A program made the position numbers and the translations under genes. From assembly GCF_018977255.1 (NCBI RefSeq), contig NW_024704742.1:8186001-8250000 (forward strand): DNA of 64,000 bases. Reading direction: 5' to 3'. This document shows positions 14,718-28,499 of this stretch, in pieces (the stretch's first letter is position 1; each line of letters begins with the position of its first letter). The stretch comes from Callorhinchus milii (taxonomy: Eukaryota). The notes below the pieces were generated by a model. The model worked only from the letters and a program-made list of their open reading frames with translations. It did not search any database and was not told the origin of the DNA.

Positions 14718-16913
14718 ACTTTCCATATTACTTTCCAACATTTCAGCCATTCTACCTTTGGGAAAGTGCAGCCTCCAATCTCATTGTATCAAATTGTTAT
14801 TCCAATTAATGCTGGGAAACAAAGTCATAACATCCAAAATGTATTTTGCCTGAATTTAAAATTATATATCGCCTCACACCATTTTATTGGAAAATAATTC
14901 CAGTTCACTTATGTGCTGCCCTTCCATTGTCAACTCATGTCTGCAAATTATCTTTGTGCTCCTCCTCTGCAAACTCTCAGATGTACTAGGGCTGCTTTAA
15001 AAAATAGTACGATAGTGATCAAGACACACAGTAGAACACATCTACACCACCCATATCTCTCCAGAAGACACTCACTCACTCCGTGGCTATTTGTGGGACA
15101 CTGCTGGGCCAACTGGCTGCCACAAAATACACAGTCAATCCGCTTTACCGTATATTCTCTGAAGCGCTTTGAGACGTCTCGAAGACATGATAAGGCACTA
15201 TATCAAATGCAAAGATTAATATTATTATAATATTATTACCTATTGAGGATGCGCTGTAAAAAAAAGTACAATAAAGTCCTGGATTTGCCCTATTAATTGC
15301 TCTCTCCCATTACAAACACTGGAACACTCCTCGAACCACCAGAACCAAAGAGATTTTGTATTCTCCCTGCTTTCCTCCAACAGAGTACACCATTTGATCT
15401 TATTCATATCTACATTTTCTTGTATACATCCTCATTGAAACAGAAGTGCAAATCAGTTGCCCAAACACGCCTCTCCAGATTCCTTTAAACACTAACCTCG
15501 ACCTCTGGTACACTTATATGTTGCCGCACAATTTGCTTGCATCAGAAAACTAGGCAAAGACTACTTCTAAATACTCTTGTTTATAACCTAAGCTACAATA
15601 GTAACAGTTTATAAATAAATCTTATAAATAAATAAACATCACATTTGATATAGCATCTCTCAGGTCAGGATGATGTCTCAAAGTGCTTCACAGAATATCG
15701 TTCGCAAACACAGTAGCCAATTTGCTCATAGCAATGTCCTATAATTATCCACGAAGTGAATGACCAGGAAAATCTCTCTTCGCTTGTCTTCAAAAGATAG
15801 TTACCGGCTGCAACTGTTAAAATCTGCTCAAACACTAACAATTTACAATCTGTCGTTGTTGCTGATTTTTTAAATACTTTTACCATTGAAACACTATATT
15901 ATGAAAGAAAGTGAATCAGAGGTGCTGTGCTGATCAGAAAGTGTGAAGGTGTTAACTGAACACACTGTTGAAACTAAATCATAGAGTGTCTATTGATACA
16001 GTGAAATTTGGTTATTTGAATACTCAATTTGTTAGCTAAATTATTCAATAAACCAAACCATTCACATAGCCAGACTAAATATAAGAGGCTCACCTCCCAG
16101 AGCTCTAAATTCTATTTAATAAACTGAACTATTCAATTATACAATATTGAATTAAACACAATTCACTGTAATACTTAATTTCCTTTACAGTAATTAGTTA
16201 GGGATCTCCTGCTACAAAGGGTCTACTGATTATATTCATTCTCACAATTTAAAAAATATTCATACAAAAGATAAAGCAGCATGGCAAACACTCAACTTCA
16301 TAATAGAACTACATAAATGAATACAATATTGAGAAGGGCACGTTGTTGACTTTCATACTATTTTAATAAAACTGCGAGATGACATACCTACAAAACACGG
16401 TTTTCTTAATATATAATAGGACATTTACTTCATGCCTGTTTGTGGGGCAATGCTGTGGTCAAATTGGCTTCCTCGTTTGCCTGCAAAATGCAGTCATTAT
16501 ACCTTGTTGTGTATCTTGTGAAGCGCTTTGAGATGCCCTCCGAGATGAAAGGCTGAAATGTCAAATGTAAGGATTATGCTTTCCACACCTTAAAATAATG
16601 GAAAGCAAGTTTCCTTCCATCCAATCAATAATCTATGAATACATGAATTTGGCACTGTCTGGTGTGTCAGCTACAAGTGTATTAATAACCAGTCAACGGG
16701 GGGGGGGGGGGGCGAAGTGTATGATGTACGGTGCTGGATCTGTGGTGTGAGTATTGGGAGGGGGTGGTGGAGGGGGAGTGTGTGCGTTGTAGGCTATTGG
16801 GGGGTGCAGTGAGTGTGGTGTTTGTGTGTGGTATGAGTGTGGAGGGGAGGAGGCTATTGGAGGTGTAGTGTGTATATGGTTTTGAGGGTGCTGTATGTGT
16901 GTGTATATATATA

Positions 16914-17253
16914 TAATAATCCTTGCATTTGATATAGCTCCTTATCACGTCTTCGAGACGTCTCAAAGCATTTGAAAGAATGTACTGTAAAGTGAAATGA
17001 CTGTATATTTTGTGGGAGAATCGCGGCAGCCAATTGCACTCAGCAGTGTCCCACAAACAGTCATGGATTGAAGGAACTATTACTCCCAGAAAAGCGATCC
17101 ACCAATCGACTAAAAACTGAGTTCCTACTTACTGCTAGGTAAACAGAGGCGCGTGGAGTAAGGAAACTTGTCCAACGTTTCACCCTGCCGGAAATTGAAC
17201 CCAGGTCTCTCGCTTGCGAGGTGAGTGCTCTAACCAATTTGCTACAGGACTCC
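16914..17253 (-). mobile_element. tRNA-derived DeuSINE-type SINE
   Basis: Reverse-complement full-length copy. Confidence 0.88.
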
Positions 17254-17427
17254 AGGATATGATGTTGGTGTGTGTGTGTTGGGGTATACTGTTTATATGG
17301 TGTAGTGTATGCATGGCGCTATGGTGTTGGGGTGTAGTGTAGTTAGTGTTTGTATGGTGCAGTGAGTGTGTAGTGTGATAGTGTGTATGGTGTAGTACGT
17401 GTGTAATGTATGTGAGTGGGGTATACA

Positions 17428-17680
17428 ATCATAGATTTATGCAGCACATGAGGAGGCCATTCAGCCCATCGTGTCTGTGGCGGCTCTTTGAAAAAAGCTT
17501 CCAAATCAATCCCACTCCCCCGCTCTCTCCCCATAGCCCTGCAAACGGGTCCTCTCCAAATAATTATCTACTTCTCTCTTAAAAGCTGTTATCGAATCGG
17601 CTTCCGCCAGCCTTTCAGCCAATGCATTCCAGATCCAAACAACTCGCTGTGTGAAACCATTTCTCCTCACCTCCCCTCTT
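17428..17680 (-). mobile_element. CR1 3' end fragment
   Basis: Parallels 54261-54495 (AATCATAGA...GGAGGCC...CAACTCGCTGT...CTCCTCACCTCCCCTCT). Confidence 0.75.
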
Positions 17681-17987
17681 GAGTTATAACTTAACTCAAC
17701 ACAGTTCCTAAAAACACATGCATCCTATGTAGGTGGGCAGACAGCTTTGAATGTGTGTTTAAGAACCTTTATTCGAGGGGTCAAATATTGATTTTCAATT
17801 GTAACTTTGAATTATAAACCCCGTTTTGAAATGTGGTTCTCAAAGGAACTTACAGAATGCATATGGCCGCTCCAATTTACAATACATCACATGAAGCGCT
17901 TTGAGACGTCCTCATGGTGTGAAAAATCATATAATACCATGCAATACTATTGATAATCCTTGCATTTGATACATCGCCTTGGAGTAG

Positions 17988-18850
17988 GTATGAGTGTGTG
18001 TGTGAGTGTGTAGTGTGAGTGTAGTGAGTGTGTGTATGTAGTGTATGCCAGTGTGTAGCGAGTGTGAGTGTAGTAAGTGTATAATGAGTATGAGTGTGCA
18101 GTGAGTGTGCAGTAAGTGTGAAGTCTGTAATGAGTGTGCAGTGTGTAGTGAGTGTGTAGTCTGTAGTGTGTAGTCTGTAATGAGTGTGTAGTGAGTGCAC
18201 AGTGAGTGTGTAGTGAGTGCACAGTGAGTGTGTAGTGAGTGTGTAGTGTGTACACAGTGAGTGTGTAGTGAGTGCACAGTGAGTGTGTAGTGAGTGTGTA
18301 GTCTGTAGTGAGTGTGTGTAGTGAGTGTGAGTGTGTAGTGAGTGTGTAGTCTGTAGTGAGTGTGTAGTCTGTAGTGAGTGTGTAGTGTGTAGTGAGTGTG
18401 AGTGTGTAGTGAGTGTGTAGTCTGTAGTGAGTGTGTAGTCTGTAGTGAGTGTGTAGTGTGTAGTGAGTGTGAGTGTGTAGTGAGTGTGTAGTCTGTAGTG
18501 AGTGTGTAGTCTGTAGTGAGTGTGTAGTCTGTAGTGAGTGTGTAGTGAGTGTGAGTGTGTAGTGAGTGTGAGTGTGTAGTCTGTAGTGAGTGTGTAGTGA
18601 GTGTGAGTGTGTAGTCTGTAGTGAGTGTGTAGTGAGTGTGAGTGTGTAGTGAGTGTGAGTGTGTAGTCTGTAGTGAGTGTGTAGTGAGTGTGAGTGTGTA
18701 GTCTGTAGTGAGTGTGTAGTCTGTAGTGAGTGTGTAGTGAGTGTGAGTGTGTAGTCTGTAGTGAGTGTGAGTGTGTAGTGAGTGTGGTGTGAGTGTGTAG
18801 TCTGTAGTGAGTGTGTAGTGAGTGCACAGTGAGTGTGTAGTGAGTGTGTC
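17988..18850. repeat. GT-rich minisatellite (GTAGTGAGTGT / GTAGTCT units) at the start of GAK intron 1
   Basis: Visible tandem units; source of the THS/HY-rich ORFs. Confidence 0.95.
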
Positions 18851-18854
18851 TCAC

Positions 18855-18993
18855 CCTCGGCGATGACCCTCTTGACTCTCAGTCTGGCCTCTCCCAGCTC
18901 CACAGTCTGTCCCACGAATTCGTTGTGGTCGCGACCGCTCGAGGAGCCCGGAGTCCCCGAGAGGAAGTCAAAGGCCGATTGGAAGATGGACAT
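18855..18993 (-). CDS. GAK: Cyclin-G-associated kinase, coding exon 1 (MSIFQSAFDFLSGTPGSSSGRDHNEFVGQTVELGEARLRVKRVIAE/G)
   Basis: ATG at 18993; 139 nt ending G|GTGAGA. The peptide matches the recalled GAK N-terminus (MSLLQSALDFL...FVGQTVELGELRLRVRRVLAEG) and joins in phase with the 7630-7691 exon. Confidence 0.95.
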
Positions 18994-18994
18994 G

Positions 18995-19613
18995 TTGTGG
19001 GGGTGTGGGGGGTGTGGCGGTGGTTGGGGAGGGCGGGTGGGGGTGTCGGGGTGGGAGGGGGTGTGTCGGGGTGGGGGGTGTCGGGGTGGGGGGGAGGGGG
19101 TGAGGCGGTGGTGGTGGGGGTGTCGGGGTGGGGGGTGTCGGGTGGGGGGGAGGGGTAGGCGGTGGTGGGGGTGTCGGGGTGGGGGGTGTCGGGAGGGGGG
19201 GAGGGGGTGAGGCGGTGGTGGGGGTGTCGGGGTGGGGGGTGTCGGGGGGGGGGGGGGGTGAGGCGGTGGTGGGGGTGTCGGGGTGGGGGGGAGGGGGTGA
19301 GGCGGTGGTGGGGGTGGTCGGGGTGGGGGGTGTCGGGGAGGGGGGGAGGGGGTGAGGCGGTGGTGGGGGTGTCGGGGTGGGGGGGAGGGCGGTGGTGGGG
19401 GTGTCGGGGTGGGGGTGTCGGGGAGGGGGGGGAGGGGGTGAGGCGGTGGTGGGGGTGTCGGGGTGAGGGGTGTCGGGGAGGGGGGGAGGGGGTGAGGCGG
19501 TGGTGGGGGTGTCGGGGTGGGGGGGGGGTGGGGGGGGTGAGGCGGTGGTGGTGGGGGGTGTCGGGGTGGGGGGGGGGGGGGGGGGGTGTCGGGGAGGGGG
19601 GAGGGGGTGAGGC
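18995..19613. repeat. G-rich minisatellite (GGGGTGTCGGGGTGGGGG / GGGGTGAGGCGGTGGT) directly upstream of the GAK ATG
   Basis: Visible tandem G-run units. Confidence 0.95.
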
Positions 19614-21325
19614 GTGTGTGTGTGACTGTCTGTGTGTGTGTGATCTGTTGTAACTGTCTGTGTGTGTGTGTTGTGTGGACTGTCTGTGTGTGTGTGTGTG
19701 ACTGTTGTCTGTGGTGATGTCGTGTGTTGACTGTCTGTGTGTGTGTGACTCGTGGTGACTGTCTGTGTTGTGATGGTGTTTGACTGTCTGTGTGTGTGTG
19801 TCTGTATGACTGTCTGTGTGTGTGTGTGACTGTCTGTTTGCTGTTGTGTGTGGTACTGTCTGTGTGTGTGTGACTGTCTGTGTGTGTGTGACTGTTCTGT
19901 GTTGTTGACCTCGTGTGTGTGTGTTTTTTGTGTGTTGACTGTGTGGTGCTGTCTGTGGTGTGTGACTGTCTGTGTGTGTGTGTGACTGTCTGTTGTGTGT
20001 GATGTTGGGTGTGGGACTGTCTGTGTGTGTGTGTGACTGTCTGTCTGTGTGTGACTGTCTGGTGTACTGTCTGTGTGGTGTGATGTGTTGTACTGTCTGT
20101 GTGTGTGTGTTGTGTGGACTGTCGTGTGTGTGTGGTGACTGTCTGTGTGTGTGTGCTGTGGGTGGACTGTCTGTGTGTGTGTGACTGTCTGTGTGTGTGT
20201 GACTGTCTGTTTTGACTGTTGTCTGTGTGTGTGTGACTCTGTGTTGTGACTGTGTGTGTGTGTGTGATCTCTGTGTGTGTGTGTGACTCTCTGTTGTTGA
20301 CTGTGTGTGTGTGGTTGACTGTCTGTCTGTGTGTGTGACTGTCTGTGTGTGTGTGTGTGACTGTCTGTGTGTGGTGTGTTGGGTACTGTCTGTCTGTGTG
20401 TGACTGTGTGTGTGTGTACTGTCTGTGTGTGTGTGTGACTGTCTGTGTGTGTGTGTGTGTCTGTGTGTGTGTGACTGTGTGTGTGTGTGTGACTGTCTGT
20501 GTGTGTGTGTGACTGTCTGTGTGTGTGTGACTGTCTGTGTGTGTGTGTGACTGTCTGTGTGTGTGTGTGACTGTCTGTGTGTGTGTGTGTGACTCTCTGT
20601 GTGTGTGTGTGTGACTCTCTGTGTGTGTGTGTGTGACTGTCTGTGTGTGTGTGACTGTCTGTGTGTGTGTGTGACTGTCTGTGTGTGTGTGACTGTCTGT
20701 GTGTGTGTGTGTGACTGTCTGTGTGTGTGTGTGTGACTCTCTGTGTGTGTGTGTGTGACTCTCTGTGTGTGTGTGTGTGACTGTCTGTGTGTGTGTGACT
20801 GTCTGTCTGTGTGTGACTGTCTGTCTGTGTGTGTCTGTGACTGTCTGTCTGTGTGTGTGACTGTCTGTGTGTGTGTGTGTGTGACTGTCTGTCTGTGTGT
20901 GTGTGTGTCTGTCTGTGTGTGTCTGTGTCTGTCTGTGTGTGTGTCTGTGTGACTCTGTCTGTCTGTGTGTGTGTGTGTGACTGTCTGTGTGTGTGNACTG
21001 TCTGTGTGTGTGTGTCTGTGTGTGTGTGTGTGACTGTCTGTGTGTGTGTGACTGTCTGTGTGTGTGTGACTGTCTGTGTGTGTGTGTGTCTGTGTGTGTG
21101 TGTGGTGACTGTCTGTGTGTGTGACTGTCTGTGTGTGTGTGTGACTGTCTGTGTGTGTGTGACTGTCTGTCTGTGTGTGTGACTGTCTGTGTGTGTGTGA
21201 CTGTCTGTCTGTGTGTGTGACTGTCTGTGTGTGTGTGTGTGACTGTCTGTCTGTGTGTGTGACTGTCTGTGTGTGTGTGTGTGACTGTCTGTGTGTGTGT
21301 GTGTGACTGTCTGTGTGTGACTGTG
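19614..21325. repeat. (TG)n-ACTGTC compound satellite
   Basis: GTGACTGTCTGTGTGTGT units; one N at 20996. Confidence 0.95.
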
Positions 21326-21579
21326 TCTCTGGTGAAACTGCTGATCAATAACCCCCTGAAAATCTGCAGCAGTTGAGGAGTTGTACGGAGGCTGACAAAC
21401 CTGGGGGTGGGGGGTCTCCCACTACTCCCCCACAGGTCGGGGGGACCACGCAGTTAAATCCGGGATTAAGCAGTTTTTCGTCCGCGAGGATGTGCAGATC
21501 GCCACAGCTGGACACAGGGACTGTGCCCTCCCCCTCCCCCCGCTCCCCCGACTCCAGACCAGACTACGGGGTCTCCTCC

Positions 21580-23958
21580 GGCAGCAAGCCGAGGGTCACA
21601 ATGTCAGGGAGGAACTCGAGGAGGTGAAGGGTCAACAAGCCTCGCTCTCTGCCTCCGAGGCGTCCAAAGTTATCTTCCGCTCCATCGAGTGCGATCAGAC
21701 GTGCTCGCTCTTCTTTCAGAAAGCAAACTGAGGCTGTGATGGATGGGCTGAGGGATGAGACCGGCTCCGGACGCCCGGGCAGGCAACAGACAAAGGACCA
21801 CGAGATCCTAATCTGCCTGACCTGTACCTTGAGAAACCCATGGAGAGCGCGGCCTCCCGCGACTTCCTGTCGGCCAGCACCGAGGTGCTGGACGAGGGAA
21901 GCCGGGACCACCTAGAAGGCCCATGCTCTCTGGATGAGCTGATCAGGGCTGTCAAAGCCCTCCAGGTGGGTATGACCCCCAGGGCGATGGCCTCCTGATG
22001 GAGCTCTACACGGCCAGTTGGGACGTGATAGGCCCAGACCTGCTGGGAGGGTCCAAGAGTATGCTACTGACAGAGAACATGGGAACATTTCTCCATGAGA
22101 AAAGGCACGGTCACCATCGTCTACAAGCAGAAGGGGGAAAAGGAGGAGATTAAGAACTGGCGGCCAATTACGCTGCTCAATGTAGATTACAAGATCCTGA
22201 CAAAGGTGATTTCTGAGCAGATCAAGACTGAACTCGGGCAGGTGATCCACACTGACCAAACCTGCACAGTTCCCAGACAAAGGATCTCAGAAAGCCTTGC
22301 GCTACTCAGAAATACCATTGCCTGTGTGCAGGAAAGGGTGATGGACGTTCTCCTCTTTTGTCTGCTGCATTGTCTATTTGCTCAAGCCATCAGGAGGGAT
22401 AAGAGCATTAGAGGGATCACCAACCTGGGCAGACACAGCACACAAGCGAAGGTCTCCCTTATACATGGATGACGTCACCTTCTTGCTCAGACCAGTGCTC
22501 GGTAGTGAACCTGCTAGGCATCTGTGACCATTTCAGGTGCCATAGTAAACTGCCAGAAAGCAAGGTCCGATATTTTGGTAACTGGAGTGACCACGGATAT
22601 CCCATTTGCAGTCAGGCCAGACTACATCAAAGTCCTCGGCATCTGGTTCAGGGCCAAGGGGCAGGGCACATAAGCTGGGAGGAGCGTCTAGAGATGGTGA
22701 GGAAGAAACTGTGAATGTGGCGCCAGTGCTCGCTGTCCATCATGGGAAAAACCTGGTGATCAGGTGTGAGGTGCTCTCGGCGTTGCTGTACATGGCGCAA
22801 ATCTGGCCCATACTGTCCAGTGCTGCCAAGGTCACCCAAGAAATCTTCCACTTTGTCTGGGAATCCGCAGGACTGCACTCCTCAAGATCCCGGACAAAGG
22901 AGGCAAGAGCGTCCCCGATGTAGCCCTGATCATCATGACCACCTTTGTGTGTAGCTTCCTGAGGCTGTGCCTGGAGCCCCGCTATGCCGGCAGCAGATGC
23001 TGCTAAGGATGGGTCTGGAAGAACTGCCTGGGAACGCCGCACACAGCTGGAGCCAAAACACCTATCACATATTGAGAGATTCACATCTCGCAACATCGCA
23101 GACCCCCCGTGGGCAATCACCCAGTGGTCCGTGCTGGAGTCAGAAAGGGAGAGGGAATGGACCTGATAGAGGGGTTCCCCAGGGATGTCAGACATGTCTG
23201 ACAGAACGCTTTTGTCATTGGCCTTGTCCCAACAAACATCAGGACATGGCCTGGCTGTCAATAAAAAACGCTCTACGTCAGGTTCTTCTTGCACCACCGG
23301 GGCCTCCCAGCCACCACATGCTGCCCTCAGGTCAGCTGTGGCGGTGAGGAGACGGTGGAACACCTCCTCCTGCAGTGCAAGTACGCAAAGGCCGTGTGGG
23401 AACAGATGGACTGACTGCTCTCGCAGTTCGTCCCTGGGGACCCACTGTCACGGCAGTCAGTGCTGTACGGCTTCTTCCCGGGGGACACACACAGTGAGAC
23501 TGACATCGAGCGCGCCTGAAGGATCATCGGCTCGGTGAAGGCGGCCCTTGTGGCCGCGAGAAACCAGTTGGTGTACCAGCACAGCACCACGTCAGAGAAG
23601 GCCTGCTGCGCGCTCGTACATTCCGCCATCAGGGACTACGTGGTTCGGGATGCGCTGAAGCTCGGCACAGCCGTGGCAACAGACAGATGGGGGGGGACCG
23701 GAGCCCAACTGGAGCGGCTCCTATGCTGGCCTCGCTGACAGCAGCGCTAAACCCAAAGCTCTAGGGTCCCAACTGTGCACAGACCGACATCAGGGGACCC
23801 TCACCGTATAGAAGTGCAGCCCCAAAAAAGGGAATGTGATGTAAAGAATGGAACGTTTTGTATCGGGATACATGGAAAAAAATTTGCAAAAGATGTTGTC
23901 TTTTGAGTTGTTTGTTGTACCAAATACTATATTTACAAATAAATATATATTTTAAAAA
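21580..23958 (+). mobile_element. Decayed Tx1-clade (L1-like) non-LTR retrotransposon, ORF2 with 3' UTR
   Basis: RT motifs KGTVTIVYKQKGEKEEIKNWRPITLLNVDYKILTKV and YMDDVT (about 22461-22478); C-terminal CCHC-like CP..CGGEETVEHLLLQC (about 23322-23378); several frameshifts; AATAAA near 23938 and a short A tail. Confidence 0.85.
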
Positions 23959-24238
23959 AGTGACTCCCTGACACACTCACTTCACTCTCTCTCTCCCTCT
24001 GTCTGACTGGCTTGTGACTCTCTCTGGCACACACACTCTCCCTCTGACTGTCTGTCTGATTGACTCTGTGACTCTCTCTATCTGACACACTCTCTCTCTG
24101 ACTGACTCTGTGACTCTCTATCTGACACGCTCTCTCTCCCTCTGACTGACTCTGTGACTCTCTTTCACTCTGACACCCTCATTCCCTCCCTCTGTCTAAC
24201 TGACTCTGACTCTCTCTGACACACTCATTCTCTCTCCC

Positions 24239-24440
<202 letters not shown>

Positions 24441-24582
24441 TCATACTCTATCTCTTTGTCTGACTGACTGTGACTTTCAGACTCTCACAAACTCTGTCAG
24501 TGTGACTGACTGAAGGAGAGAGAGTCTGGGCAGAGCGAAAACCAGACTGCAGGGGCTCGAGGAAGGAGTGGACTGAGAGATA

Positions 24583-24895
24583 AAAAAATCCTTGCATTTG
24601 ATATAGCGCTTTTCACGTCGGGAGGACGTCCCAAAGCGCTTCACAGAACACACTGTAAAGTGAATTGACTGTATATTTGTGGGCGAACGCGGCAGCCAAT
24701 TGCGCACAGCAATGTCCCACAAACAGTCGTAGATTGAAAATGACCAATTTATTATTGTTTTTGGTTTTGGAGGGATTATTATTAGGCTCTGTGTGGAGTA
24801 AGGAAACTTGCCCAAGGTTTCGCCCTCTGTCTGGAATTGAACTCAGGTCTCTCACTTGCAAAGCGAGTGCTCTAACCACTGAGCTACAGGACTCC
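24583..24895 (-). mobile_element. DeuSINE, young short subfamily
   Basis: Near-identical to 14401-14717; abuts an L2 fragment. Confidence 0.9.
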
Positions 24896-25435
24896 GAAGT
24901 TGACCTGTGTTCCAGGACTTTGGTAAGGAGGGGTAGGTTGGAGCTGGGACGGTAGTGTGAGAGATTAGAGGGATTGAGGGTGGAGTTTTTGAGGAGTGGT
25001 GTGATGACGGCGGTTTTCAGGGGGAGTGGAACAGAGCCGGAGGAGAGAGACTGGTTGACCATGTCGGCCAGCAGGTGGAAGAGAAAGGGGAGCTGAGTGA
25101 CCAGCAGCTGGGTGGGGAGGGGGTCGAGGCAGCAGATGGTAAACTTCATCCAGGTGATTGTGGTTGAGAGGGAGGAGGGAGAAATGGGGGCAAAGGAGTG
25201 TAAGAAGGAGGGAGAGGCAGGAGCCGCGGCGGAGGGAGAAGGCAGTGTGGATGCTCTGGGTGGGGTGGAAGGAGTCATGGGGAGGACAATGTAGCCAAGC
25301 GGATGTTTTCAATTTTTGAGGCGAAGAAGTCTAGCATCTCTTCGCGCTTGATGTGAGGATAGAGGGGGTTTCAGGGGGTGCAAGGAGGAGGACAGTGGAA
25401 AACAGCGCCTTTGGATTGTGTTTGCCTCCAGGATG
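24896..25435 (-). mobile_element. L2-clade LINE ORF2 fragment
   Basis: CLDPLPTQLL...VNQSLSSGSVPLPLKTAVITPLLK...YRPSSNLPLLTKVLE. Confidence 0.85.
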
Positions 25436-28400
25436 ACCGCATACATTTATCTCCTCCATTTATCTGCTAAACTTCCTGGGCACAACTGTAAAATAATGTG
25501 AAATAAGTCCCACACACTCTCTCTGTCTGACTCACTATCTCTCAATCTCTGACACACTGTCCCACTCACTATCTCTCAGTCTCTGACACACAAACTCTCT
25601 CCGACTCAGTCTCTCTGAATCACTATCTCAATCTAACTGACTCATTCTTTCTCTGACTCTCACCCACACACACTCTCTCTCTCCAGTGTTTCTGACTCAG
25701 TCTCACTCTCTGATTCGCACTCTCTGTCTCTGATTCTCTCACAACACACAATCTCAGTCTCTCTGACACTTCTGCACATTCTTAGTCTCTGACACACACT
25801 CTCAGTCTCTCTGACTCACACTCTTGACACTTTCTACAAAACATTTTTTTTGTCACCTTTGAAGACCTTTTCTTACACAGTTTCAAAAGCACTGAGACGG
25901 TTCTACACCCTTATATGTACACCCACGATATGGCTCGCTCCCCCTCGCAGAATGTACTGGGGTGGTGGCCTCTAATCAATTCTCACTAATGTGTATAAGA
26001 GCTTATCGCTAAGTATGTCTTGCTAATTGAAAATGAACAGAGAGCTCGAATGAGACACGGTTAAGAAAACTCAACGGTATTTTTATGGTTCGTTTAGAAT
26101 CCCAAACTCCTCGGAAATAGTTCTCAAGTGATTTCGACAAATAACAACAAATTACTCAAATAACTAGTCAACTTTAACAAATACTAACTGCAGCCTATTA
26201 AATAGAAGGTTAATGTGTGTGCACCGTACCAACTCTTGACTCAGAGGATTTGTACCTCTAGCTAGTCAAGTTCATGTACGTTTCTGATGTTATCAAGTCA
26301 AGTCGACCAAGAGCACCTGGCGCTCATTCTTTTATGGGCCTTGAGCCCCTTCCCGAATTAGGGTACCCAATGGTAATTGTATTGCACCAGTTACTTGATG
26401 TAATTGTTGCCTTTTTTATGGTCCAATTAGAAATCTCCTCACATTTGCCAATAGAGGACAAGTTCCACTTCCAATCCTTCATTTGTATATCAGAATGGTA
26501 AATTTCCCGCCAAATTGTTGCAACCGACGCCTTTAGAGACCTGATGGCACTATCCGGGTCACAATCTTATTTAAATTACATTCAAAATGCATTTAAGGGA
26601 ATAATACACTGAAAAATGGTATGCACGTGCTCTCGTTCTTTTCTGAACTTTCGGGGTTTGTATGGGTTTACCCGAGTCCATTCAGGTCAGACAATAACCG
26701 CATTTAAACAATCAGTGCTTCAAACTACATGATAGAAACATTAAACACTTTCAACAGCTTAGTGTTTCCAACACAATCATACAACAACAAACTGTAATTA
26801 TTAAAGACAGACAGGTTATGTAAAAGTGGAGCATGACCGTGACAGTACTAAACCTAAATCAGCTACTCAGCTACCCCATAGGAGGCCACGTCTGACATTG
26901 GGCTACTTTAGGTCGAGTCTTTGGTAGATGTATTGCAGTTTCTGGTACACTCTGTGCACGCTCCAGCCTGCTCCACAACCCCCCACCGGCCCACCCCACC
27001 ATCAGCGGTCAGCCCTTCACCCTCTTTGCCTCCACGCTTTGGAACTCCATCCCACATTCCCTTCCCCTCATCTTAATACCCTCATCTTCGGCCACCCTCC
27101 TGCCCTCCACCCTCCCTGATCCCAACATACCCCCCCACTTGGGTCCTAATCCCTCATTGCCCAGTGTCTTGGCAAACCCTCCTGACGTGAAAGCCGCTAG
27201 ACAAATATAATTTTGTATTGTGTTGCAAAAATGCATAGCTTGCCATTGATAGCATGGTATGGCGAGCTTTCCCGCTGTGAAGCGCTTTGAGACTTCGCGA
27301 AGACGTGATAAGGCGCGACATCAAATGCAAGGATTATTATTATTATTATAATTATTATAATTCAATCTTGGGCTTCTGCAGGCAATAATATACTGAATGA
27401 GCTCTCGCAGTATTTTCAGAAAGGCTTCAGCTGAAGTGCAGTCTTGAAGTCATCACCAGCTCTTTCTCATTACTCAACCGAAAAGTCTTGCAATGTTGAA
27501 AGGGTCACTGACAGCATCAGAAATGAAACGCAAAGTAAACACCAAGCTTATGACTTAATGGGAATGATAAATTGTATTTGCAAAACCAATGTATCAGCCC
27601 CAACTTGTCTTGTGCGGCAGGCAGGCACATTTAGAGAGATTTCTTCATCGCATTTTTAATCTGGTGCCAAACCACTGGCATTGAAAAGTTCTCGACCAAA
27701 CTGATTGAACTGCATTTCAGGAGATCAGAGATCCTGGCAATTAAACACGTACATTTGAGATTCATTTAATGGTTACAGCCCCGGCCGCCATGAACGGGGG
27801 CCGGACAGGCCAGCACACACCACCCACAGCAAGGAGGGCAGCCCTGGCTGTCGTCAGCGGGAGATGACCAGCGAGAGCACACCACCCACAGCAGCGCAGA
27901 CAGCTCCAGGTGCTATGTATTGGGGGCCGGACAGGACCGCGCACACCATCCACAGCAGGGTGGACAGCCCCGGGTGCCATGCAACGGGGCCAATAGGCCC
28001 AAGCAAACCACACACAGCAGAGGGACAGGATGTTGGGGTAACTGCTGGAGTTTAACAGCTAAAACTTCAGGGTTAGCAGGAACTGATTGGGAGGATTCCC
28101 TGCCCTCAGTGACTGGTCTGCTCTTCCAGATCCTGCTGATGAATCAGGCTGTGCCCTGGAATACTGCGGAGCCGCCTGGTTCAGGAACCGGACGAGAGAC
28201 CATGACAGATGGCTGCCTTGATTCTGATATCCTGTTGCCAAACATGTCACCCTGGTGCCAATTCAGCTCAAAAGAGATCCCCACCCCACCCCCCCCCCAA
28301 GGAGGGCAGTCAACAACATCAACACATTACATTTACACAGCGCCTTTCACGTAAGGCGGACGTCCCAAGGCGCTGCATAGTCCGGGATCCGCACCTGAGC

Positions 28401-28499
28401 TTGTGGTTGGGATCAGGAGGGGTGGAGGGAGGGTAGGCTAGTCATTATTATACAGTTATATATATTACAAATATAGATATATTACAAATCTCGAGGAGA

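Noticed and set aside
14398..14897. Recurrent small ORFs (MGKFPYSTQSL..., MTVYLWANAAANC...) resembling a gene family
   Set aside because: Incidental translations of near-identical SINE copies.
17947..21348. 1133-aa His/Thr/Pro-rich ORF
   Set aside because: Stop-free translation of satellites; only 18855-18993 (GAK exon 1) is real coding sequence.
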